From: Welwitschia mirabilis
Taxonomy: Eukaryota
Assembly: GCA_051453625.1 (NCBI GenBank)
Contig: JBOZIK010000001.1
Location: 1,307,884 to 1,371,883 of the forward strand
Reading direction: 5' to 3'
DNA length: 64,000 nt
Positions 53,515-64,000 of the stretch are shown in pieces. The position numbers were made by a program, and so were the translations under genes. The first letter of the stretch is position 1; each line of letters starts with the position of its first letter. The notes under the pieces are model-generated. The model was not told the DNA's origin. It was given only the letters and a program-made list of their open reading frames with translations, and did not search any database.

Positions 53515-55272
53515 ATGTCCATCTGCTATTTCTTTCTTATCATTCTTATAGAGTAGAATATGAAATAACCACCTCTCTAAAAATACTTTCTTTGTAAAAG
53601 TTATATCAAATATTAGAAGAATGCAAGCTCTATAAAGGCTTCATTTAGGAGAAGCATGCATCTCTTCCTCAAGTAACTCCTTTTTTCCCCTCCCTACTGT
53701 CTTAGATATTTTAACTTTATCTTGCCTATTACTATCCTTTGCACCTGTATCCATGTCGTCTTTCTACATAAATAATGTGGAAAGACCACCTTTTTCTTCT
53801 TTTACTTCTACGAACTTAGGTGTCTATGGAAGCATTAGCAGTGACATGGCACATGATAGCCTAATATCTAATGTTATAAATCATTATACTATTGTGTTAT
53901 CTATAGAGATAATAACAGTGTCACTAAGGTTATTGTTAATAACCTTAGCACTTTCCTAGAAGTAATGGAAATTTCAAGCTAATGCATTTTGAATATTTTA
54001 ATGACTTATGAATGTTTTCAGTGCACAGGAAGTCCAGAAGTAGCTATAACCAAAGAGGGATTCTTGTAAAATCCATTAAATTATTTAATACTTTTAAAAT
54101 TACTTTGTTTACGATTTTTCATGATAACCTTATGATCACATCAGCTAATCCAGAAAAATTCTCTAATTCATAAGTAAAACCAAAGAATAATTCGAATAAT
54201 GCAAAAAACAAACTAGAGACTAAATTATATGAGACAGAGATCACACCATAGATCAAATCATATAAAATGAGAAAAATTACAAAAACACCAAAAANNNNNN
54301 NNNNNNNNNNNNNNNNNNNNNNNNNNNNNNNNNNNNNNNNNNNNNNNNNNNNNNNNNNNNNNNNNNNNNNNNNNNNNNNNNNNNNNNNNNNNNNNNNNNN
54401 NNNNNNNNNNNNNNNNNNNNNNNNNNNNNNNNNNNNNNNNNNNNNNNNNNNNNNNNNNNNNNNNNNNNNNNNNNNNNNNNNNNNNNNNNNNNNNNNNNNN
54501 NNNNNNNNNNNNNNNNNNNNNNNNNNNNNNNNNNNNNNNNNNNNNNNNNNNNNNNNNNNNNNNNNNNNNNNNNNNNNNNNNNNNNNNNNNNNNNNNNNNN
54601 NNNNNNNNNNNNNNNNNNNNNNNNNNNNNNNNNNNNNNNNNNNNNNNNNNNNNNNNNNNNNNNNNNNNNNNNNNNNNNNNNNNNNNNNNNNNNNNNNNNN
54701 NNNNNNNNNNNNNNNNNNNNNNNNNNNNNNNNNNNNNNNNNNNNNNNNNNNNNNNNNNNNNNNNNNNNNNNNNNNNNNNNNNNNNNNNNNNNNNNNNNNN
54801 NNNNNNNNNNNNNNNNNNNNNNNNNNNNNNNNNNNNNNNNNNNNNNNNNNNNNNNNNNNNNNNNNNNNNNNNNNNNNNNNNNNNNNNNNNNNNNNNNNNN
54901 NNNNNNNNNNNNNNNNNNNNNNNNNNNNNNNNNNNNNNNNNNNNNNNNNNNNNNNNNNNNNNNNNNNNNNNNNNNNNNNNNNNNNNNNNNNNNNNNNNNN
55001 NNNNNNNNNNNNNNNNNNNNNNNNNNNNNNNNNNNNNNNNNNNNNNNNNNNNNNNNNNNNNNNNNNNNNNNNNNNNNNNNNNNNNNNNNNNNNNNNNNNN
55101 NNNNNNNNNNNNNNNNNNNNNNNNNNNNNNNNNNNNNNNNNNNNNNNNNNNAGAAAAGCTTTTTTCCCTAACATACCAGATGGAAATGATTTGGGTAGTA
55201 AATGTTTAATTAATAATGTCTTTTTATTTCTATCACTTTAAAATTACTTAATCATTTTCTAGTGAGGGGGTA

Positions 55273-57250
55273 TGTGAGAATACTCTATAAACCTACTAAA
55301 TACTTTTAGTTCTCATCTGGATCTCATAATAGCATTACATTATTGAGAAATGTGTTATCAGCCACTATCCTTACTGACATATGCACCTTCTTTAAAACTT
55401 CATTACCCTCTACACAGTGTAATATTTCTTCTTCTTTACTTGCATTGTAAAATGCCAACTGCTACTAGTTTCTGACATGTTTCCAACTTTGATATGTAGT
55501 AATTTATGAACTCTAGTCTTAATTTTTTGACATATTCCACTACTGCTTAATAAAGTAATACTAATTTGCAAGAATAAAAACCTCTATTAAAATTTGTAGT
55601 GAGTTGCAATTATTGTAGGAAGTTCTTTTGGTGAGTGCATATGATTCTTTGTATTTATTATCTTATTCCTTTAGCTTTTTATGCACACACATGATTTAAT
55701 ACTATATTTTAGCTCTTACTTGTGTACATGTAAATCTATGCTTTTTTGCTTTTTAGAGCTTTTGTGTTAAGCCTTGGCATGTGTAACTTTAGCTATTCTT
55801 TTGGCTCTTTCATGTGATGTGGACTTCTTAGTGTATTTTTTAAGTTTTATTCATTTGTGTAATTTTCATTTTTGGAAATTTTAACCAATTTTAAGCCCAC
55901 TAATATTCTTTTATTACATTGAGTGAAGCAGGGATGTAATGTAAGATCTACTTAACTTATTTTTTTGACACAAACCTCATTCCACTTGTAATTTGGATAT
56001 ATCAACTTAAGTTGGAATGTTGAGCAAGATCCACTTAACTTGACTATATCAAAATCAAGTCCTACTTTCCTTTTTTTAATCTTTAATCCTTTTTACTTTT
56101 AAATTTAATGTTCACATTTTAAACATTTAGTGATGCTTAAGGTTTAAAGTTAGAAATTTCCCACACCTTAATCACTTAGCCTATTTCACTAATAATAAGT
56201 CCTGGTTGGTGGTGGGAATAGGGATCCTTACATAGACATTAATATGTATCCAGCTATGCCACCCTTTCAACTTATTGTGTAGTCTCTAACTAACATAATT
56301 ATGTAGTTCAAGCCATACAAGGAGTTGTATCTCTTTTAAGTAAAACCATCCCAAGCATTCTAAGATTCAAATTCCCATGTGCATCTTGGTAATCAAGAGT
56401 ATATTAAATAGAAACTAGACGCATAGTGATAGATCCTATTTGGATTTCATCACTAAGTCAATAGGGAGGCATAAGTATAAGAAATTTTAAATTTACTAAG
56501 TCAAATGTATAAGTAGATTACCAACATTACATTGTACCTTCCCTTAGGGGGAGTATATAGGTAAGATAATTGAAACTAGCTAATAATTTGGATCTTCCAT
56601 TACATGATTCATACTTATTCTTTTTATTACTTTTGGACATAAGGATCAAACCCTTAAAGAGGTTGTAATTACTACCCAAAATAGGAGCAAGACCTATGAT
56701 TAACAAATCTTTTACTTAACTGTCTAATGATCTAGGCCTCTGCATTAAAATTTATTGTGCTTACATAAGGATTTCTTAATAAATTTACTTTATTTTCCTT
56801 ATGCATGTGATTGTTAAGGATTAGTCTTATCATTTGTTTATCATACTTTTGTGAATTGAAGAGATCATTTAACTTGTGAATGTAAGCAAGATCCCTTTTT
56901 GAATGGACTATACCTCTCTATCATAACTCCTTTTCAATAATTTTTTTATGTCATTGTGATTTAAATAAATCATTTAAGCTTGTAAATATGAGCAAGATCC
57001 CTACTTAGATTGGTTATATCATTTCATTTTTCACTCACTATTTTTCTCTTCTCAAGTTGATAAGTATTTTTTATATGAAGGATAAATTCATTATTCAGTT
57101 TTGAATGTGAATAAAATCCCTCTGAAACTTGACTATACATCATAATTTGTTATCTCTTCTTCCATTTACTCCAGCTATGAGAATGTTGAAGGATAATTTT
57201 TAAATGTTATTAAACTCATTGATGCTAGTTTTAACAACTAGAATCATGGC
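55273..57250 (+). repeat. LTR-like non-coding region with dispersed subrepeats
   Basis: Copia-type PPT-like tgaggggg (55263-55270) precedes TG at 55273. Motif gcaagatcc...ttgactatatc recurs near 55940, 56022, 56883, 56990 and 57108. Right end uncertain. Confidence 0.4.
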
Positions 57251-59819
57251 TAACATTAGAGTCAGTCTTCAAGATGGTCAATATTGAGAAGATCGGCATG
57301 GACATTTCACGTTTATGATGCACATATGGTTTTGATACCAATTTCTTTAATAAAATGCATATTCCTCTATAATTTCTAGAGGAATAAGATGCTTGAAAGT
57401 CCATTGATAATAAGTTAATAAAAATTATGAGAAAATTTATGACTTCACAACATAAGAAGTTGGTAGATCATAGTAAGACTAGTTATACTAACTTTATCAC
57501 ATTATGGATTACATTTTATCTCAAGAATGATTTTAAGCTTATCAATATCATTAAAAGTACAAATAAATTACATTATAAGAAAGGGAAGATGTAACAGTTG
57601 ATTGCAGAAATGGCTGACATCAAGGTAAAGGTTTCTAAAATTAACCTACAGAACCAAGTATGCACATATATGTCAACTCGGTTAGATGTTGTTTGAAGGA
57701 TCCATATTTATATAGCTACATTATGTCACTACATGGTAGTAGGAAACTATCCTAAATAATCTTTGATGTACTTAATAAGAATATTCTAGTTTTTAGAGCA
57801 CATTTTAATGTTGTTAGTACCTTGTGCTCTGAAGCTACATTTATAGTGTCACATCCTCATAATGAATCATTTTTAAATAAGTAGTATTCAAGTGAATACC
57901 CTTCTAATATCAAACATTATGATAAGGGTAAAGCTCCTTAAAAATAGCAAAATCTCTACCTCCTTAATGCCATTAATTTTAGTTAAAGAAGAGACCACCT
58001 CAGAATAATTCTACTCCAAAGAAGAATACGTATTATTATTTATAATGTGGAAGGCAAGATTATACTGCAAGTCATTATTAAATCTATTAGGACAAAATCA
58101 AAGTTACTCTTAAGATGAATATATTCATTATTGATTTTATTTCTTTAGATAGTGCTAAATGCTATAAATTTGATGCCATATTTAAAAGTCATGATTTTAT
58201 ATGTATAAGTGGCAACATACCTCATAACAAATCTTAGATACTAGATAGTAGTGTAACCTAGTATATGACATATAGATGTAACTATTTTATGACTTCTTAG
58301 TATGTCCTAGTCAAGTGTATTTAGCAAAGAAAACTTTAGTTCCTATGAAAGGTCATGGTACATTCACCTTTTAGATTCCTTCTCTCTCATAGTGAACACT
58401 CTCTCATGTTTTATATGTCCCCTCTTTAGGATTACATCTTCTCTCTCTTTCCACATTAATCAAAGAAGAACACTCTATATTCATGATAAAAGTTTCCATA
58501 AACATTTTATATACTTTATAGAATTTTTTTATAGAGGACTACATGGATGAAAAAATGATGCAATCTCAAGGATGTGTTAATATGCATGAAATTGCATGTC
58601 ATATTACATAAGACAAATCTTCCCAATCGCTTCTATGGGATATTCACTTGGGTTATCCTAGTCCTTATCCATTGATTTCAATGCATGAGAATAGACATTG
58701 GCTTCTACCCTTTATTCTAGATTATTTCCATCAATGTAAGGCACATATAATGGGTAAAATAATGCGATAAGAGTTTTCTCCTAGTAAGTGGTATGCAAAT
58801 CAAAAGAGTCTTCTCATTCACATTAATCTATGTGGCTCTATATCAGTTCTTTAACTCCAAAGGTATTTCTACTTTATATTATTCATAGATGATTTTTTGC
58901 ATATGACTTGGACATATTTTATGGGATCTAAATATTGTAACACCCGTATTTTTAACCCAAAAATTTCAAACATTACTTAATTACCAAAATAATATGTCCT
59001 TAACCTTTCCCTCTAACAAATGTATTAATTAGAAATTAATCATGTTTTTAAAAGAAAGTTAAGCTTTGTAACGTCCACCTAAAAAATTCAAATGTTATTA
59101 TCATATAAAATACATCACACATTACCCATCCTCCTCAAGTAATCATAACTTTATTTAATAATAACTATCCCTAATGTGGGCCTCTCCTCCATGATTTCTT
59201 AAATGTTTTATCTTTTCATAAATAATTAAAAATAACTTATTGCAAGAAATGATGATGTAATAATTAATTTTAAACCTAACAACTATATGATAAATCAATG
59301 ATCTTTGACAATTATTTTAATAGGATTTTACCATCTGAATACAAAAATTTTAACAAGAAGATCAACATTAATAATATATATATTTTTATCAAGAAATTTG
59401 GAATTTGTTACATATAATATACAAGATCCAGAATATTTAACCAAAAATGTACATAGGTTAGTTTGGAAAGTATTCTCAAGATCACAATAGCCACATTATT
59501 GAAATTTCAAGATTTACAAAAGAACTACAAGTTTCACTATAAGATAAAATCTCAATGTAAATGGGAAAGGATAATCCCTTCTTATCTTTGCCATCCTTGA
59601 TAATTAAGCTCTAGTTTTACCACCTATTTTATGCAAGAAATATGTAATGAAAAATGTGAACATTTCACAAGTTTCCAATATGGTTCAAGCAAGGCAAGAT
59701 TAAGATACCAAGTCTTAAGAATTTATAAGCAATAATCAAGAGATTCCAAGAAACTATGAACATTTCAAGAATTTCAAATGACAATCTTATGGAAATGGTA
59801 TGATAAATAACTGATTTTT

Positions 59820-60110
59820 CAATAATATTTCATTACCTCATTTGATGATTTGTGGGGTTCATTACCTCATTTGAGGATCCATGGATTTCTCATAATATTT
59901 CATATATTCTCTTACTCCACTACTTCATTCAGTGAGCTGTTGGTTTCTCATAATATTTCATATATTCTCTTACTCCACTGTATCATTTGGTGATCTGTGA
60001 AGCCATTGTCTTATTTGGAAATCTGTGATACAATCAATTAATCAATCCCACTGCCTCATTCAGTGATCTCTTGGTTCTCACATTTCATTACCTCATTCGA
60101 TGATCTATGG
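59820..60110. repeat. Subrepeat cluster within LTR
   Basis: cattacctcattYga recurs; ttctcataatatttcatatattctcttactccact at 59887 and 59945. Confidence 0.85.
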
Positions 60111-62116
60111 AATACTCATTTTTATAAGATTATAAGAGTTCAAGATATTAAAGGAAGCATGAGCAAGATATGTCGACAAAACTTAAATCCTTAACAAGAA
60201 TAACTTGGAATTAATTTCATGAAGATTTTCCAAGAGAAGATAGTAGAAACTAGGATTCATAACCAAGAATGTGATTTATTAACTACCAATATCACGAACA
60301 TCTAATAACTTTATGATATTTGTAAGAAAATGAGCAAAAATAGAAATGCAGACAAAATGCATACAAGAATAGGACCAATTAAAAATGCAAGAATTAAATG
60401 GGAACCATACTCATACAATGTTTGAAGACTTCAAGGCTATTTCAAGATTCTAAAGCTCCAAGGTTTCCAACCTCTAAGTTTGAAGTTACAAAGATCTAAT
60501 AACAAAATATTTCTCAAAGATATGAAAATATGAGGAGAATAAAGTCCTATTTATAGCAAGAGGATGTAGGATGTGAAGAGACCCCATCATAAAACAGAGT
60601 GGTAAATTCGATGGAAGTGGTGGAACTGGTGTGGTGAAAGTGGTAGAAGTGGTCAGGGTTTCATAATGTCTCATCATTACTTACTTGACCACTAGGTGCA
60701 TAATATAAAAAATAATAATATTTTTCATCCCATTACATGCAATTAGAAGAATAAGTCATCTCACAATAATATTTTTCATGTAAAATAAAGGAAAGTGAAA
60801 CAATTACATAAGGAAAATAATATTAATGAAATCCACTAATTTACTCACTATCATGACCACTAACTTATCCACTAATAATATCACTAATTTTACTATTGAA
60901 GATTATAATTATGAAGGATTACAATAACAAAAATAATATTATAGCTATTACAACATGAATAGGCTTTTAAGCACAAGATTTTCTAGAATATAATTTCATC
61001 TCAATAATTACAATAACTATATTAGCTTGTAGACTTTATAATAATAAAATTAATTTAATTTAATTTTTAAGCTAAATCTCTAGACCTTGAAATTATGGAC
61101 ATGATATTTCTCCACCCCTTAAAAAGTTTTATCGTTGAAACTTGAACAAGAAAGCTTAGTTCTTTACTATAATACATCTATTTCGTATTCTAAAGTAGCT
61201 TTTACTTCTTCCTCTTCTAATCATTGTACTTTATAATGTTGAATCTATCTTCCTTGAGACTACATCTTTCTCTTGAATCAAAATTTCACTTGATCAAACT
61301 CCAAATGTACTATTTAGTTGAATATCCACTTCTCAATTGTCTAACTATAGATATCAAATTTCTATCTTTGGAACTTAATGCAAAACCCATCTTTAAAGAA
61401 CTTCAAATGACTTGCAATAAGAAATAACTTAAATAAGATTTGTCAAACAAGTCTTTCTTCAATGCCATATAAATTATTGAATAAGGTGGAATTTTATCCA
61501 TGAAAGTTGTTAATCAATGATATAAATCATTGTAATAATAGCAATCGTCTCTTGTGTTTGGAATGATGAAGCCTCTATAAATTTTCTTCCTCTTCTATAT
61601 CATTCTCTTATTGTCAATTATCTTTTATATGTCATTTGTTTGTAACATGGATACATGACTTTCATCACAGATACATTATATATACTTCTATCAAAGTTCT
61701 CTCTTATTCACGTCTTGGTAATTGGAGTCAAATCTTCTTTCACTTCTCTTATTATGTGCTTCTTTCAATGCCTTTATGGCACTTCTGCTTGTATAATCTA
61801 CTATTTATCTTCACCCTTAAATGCTTAAGCTTAGTTCTTTCTTAAAATATAGCCCTTTGACTATCTTCCTTATACCTTCATTATATCTATATATATGACT
61901 TTATGTATGCTTATTTGTAGATATTACTCCCACCCAAGCTCCCCTTAGAATATAGTGTGAGGCATTTCCTCACCTCCATAATATTGCCTTGACAATAACA
62001 TATAATTATTTAGGGTTATGTTACCTATTCCAACTTAACATCATATGCATTGATTAGTATAATTAGAAAATTACTATCAATACTAATTAATCTGAATAAT
62101 CCAATGAATGTAAGTC

Positions 62117-62117
<1 letters not shown>

Positions 62118-62150
<33 letters not shown>
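62118..62150. repeat. (TATG)n microsatellite
   Basis: Directly visible. Confidence 0.9.
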
Positions 62151-62151
<1 letters not shown>

Positions 62152-62698
62152 TAACTTTTCTATTATAACTAATCAAGGTATATTTGTATTTATGTACATG
62201 CTGATTACTTCTTACATTATTTAAATCCATATTATACCTTAATCTAGCTAATTAAAATTTCTTAAATAATCTATAACTACAATTATTACTTGTCCTTATA
62301 TGTAACTTAATGATAAAAATCTATCTTATTGTATTTTTAATTCCATTTATTATATTTTTAATTCCATCTTCCATTTAAGGATCACTGCTTGGTCTAATGT
62401 ATATAAGCGAAGTAGCCCTCTCCTTTAACTTATTATTAGTTTATGTGCTTTGTTATGAATAATACATATTGTTTAAGCACTTCAAACTTTATTAATCATT
62501 TAGAATGGCCTCATAATATACACGTAATGGACACACTCCTTGAATATAATGTTTGGGAAAATAACTTATCCCTTTCCTTCACTCAAAAATGATCTACTTC
62601 TTATAAATGTATTTATTTGAATAATACACATATATTTTATGCATATGATGTATGGTGTCGAATTAGTACATATTAAAATTTTTATTTTTTAAAATGAA

Positions 62699-62768
62699 AG
62701 CTTGGAGGAGATTTAAACCTGTGATCTCTTAATGTCCAACTCTACGACTTAACCATTTGAACATAGCT
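62699..62768 (-). pseudogene. tRNA-like / SINE-head relic
   Basis: rc agctatgttcaaatggttaag...aggtttaaatctcctccaagct: D-arm/A-box-like and T-arm/B-box-like motifs at tRNA spacing, with eroded stems. Confidence 0.4.
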
Positions 62769-64000
62769 ATTTCTTTTAACTATATTAAAAGTCATGTTCT
62801 ATTAAAATAATTATTTTTACTCTGCGTTTTCAAGAGAATTCATATTAAGGTCTGTGTCTTTAAAACTTCATTTCCCTCCTTATGAATTTTCAAAGAGAGT
62901 ATTGCATAATGGGAACTTATCCACCATGCTAGGTCCTTGTAATAGAGGGTCTTCTCCCTTCTTGCCATGCATTCACTTTTACTCTTCCCCAACTTCCATG
63001 CTCTTCAATCTTTAAGCTTCAACTCAAATGTTGCCTACCTTTACAACATTTCTCTTATGATGTCTCGATGTCTCATCGCTTCAGCTTATTTGTAAGTCCT
63101 ATGTTTTGTAGGATTGAGTCATTATACGATGTTCCATGACATTCCTCTGCATTTCCACTACGTTTCTTAGGTTCTAACATACTTTACAGAGGACTTGCAA
63201 AGAAAAGCTACTACTCTTCAGTTTAGAATTACAGGTATTTTGCATTAAAGATCTTCATTATTACAAGGAAGTGATGTGTTTTCTTTTAATATTAAGATCT
63301 TCAAAGCAAAATTGAAAAAGAAAACTAGTAACAAGATTAAGGGTTTCCATTCTAATAATGGTTAAGAATATAGGTTGGCTAAATTCAAGGACTTTCTTGA
63401 TTCAAAAGACATTTGTCATCTAAATATATGTCTAGAAATGCCTCAATAGAAAGGCATTACTAAAGGGTTTAATAGGACCATCATGGGTATGACATATTTA
63501 ATGACGTACCTTAAGGTATGTAATTCCTACGTATGGGGTGAAGTTATTAGTATCATGATCTATCTCAACAATCATACTAGTCATGCTTTTGAAAAGGGTA
63601 TTTTTCCTACTAAAAAAAATGAAATGGATACAAGCTTACTCTGAACCATTTTTGTGTGTTTGAATGTAAGTTATATGTCCATATTCCTATCAAACATCAT
63701 GGCAACCTTGATGCACATGCTCATGTTAACATTTTGATGGGATATTCGATTAGCCACAAAGGATATTACATGTACATTCTTGAGCATAGTAAGATAACTG
63801 TTTCACATGATTTGTTTTTTTTTAAAGCCTCACAGAACATCTCATCTTCATCTCTCCAGGCTACATCCTTCCTCTTATTCTATGCAAATTTTGAATGCTT
63901 AATGTCTTATGGTTGATGAGATAAATGTATCCATTAGTTAAAATTTCTTAGTTCCTTTTAGCCAAAAGGATTTATTCGTAATACAACTTAAGAAGTTGAG

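Larger units (their letters stand above)
58936..63265 (-). mobile_element. Tekay/Del-like chromovirus remnant (3' LTR plus deleted interior) nested in copia integrase
   Basis: LTR 58936-61106 (tgtaacaccc...gacatgata), PPT tttcaacgataaaactttttaaggggtggagaa (rc 61108-61141) and chromodomain-like HYKVQ*...ATLE.E (rc 61180-61250). Second LTR and TSD not resolved; right boundary approximate. Confidence 0.75.
57273..63900 (+). mobile_element. Degenerate Ty1/copia gag-pol, split in integrase by 58936-63265
   Basis: HVLYVPSLGLHLLS (58406-), LW...LGYP, C.A..MGK, IHINLCG, YFILFIDDF.HMTWTYFM (58870-58923). Resumes SDVFS..KIFKA....KIKGFHSNNG.EY (63270-63371) and VFECKLYVHIP.....LD (63656-). Confidence 0.85.

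Noticed and set aside
54119..55241. ORFs of 324-351 aa
   Set aside because: Almost entirely N gap 54295-55151.

Overview
Eukaryotic (seed-plant-like, large-genome) scaffold window with N gaps. It holds one intact host gene, an intronless-CDS APC-superfamily polyamine/LAT transporter (PUT/RMV1-like, minus strand, 2775-4343), in a sea of nested, mostly very old and AT-eroded transposons. The transposons are: a young CRM-like Ty3/gypsy fragment at the left edge; two L1-type LINE relics; several Ty1/copia relics; an Athila-like and an Ogre/Tat-like non-autonomous element, each with paired LTRs, PBS, PPT and TSD; two long solo LTRs of one family; and a Tekay-like chromovirus nested in a copia integrase. 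No rRNA, intact tRNA or CRISPR array is supported. I found no convincing wholly new multi-gene system. The best leads are a possible uORF/intron regulatory leader on the polyamine transporter, which abuts a LINE 3' end, the rearranged CRM-like element, a tandemly duplicated protease region, and pervasive non-CpG C-to-T decay. All alignments and translations outside the supplied ORF track were done by eye, so boundaries without TSDs are approximate.
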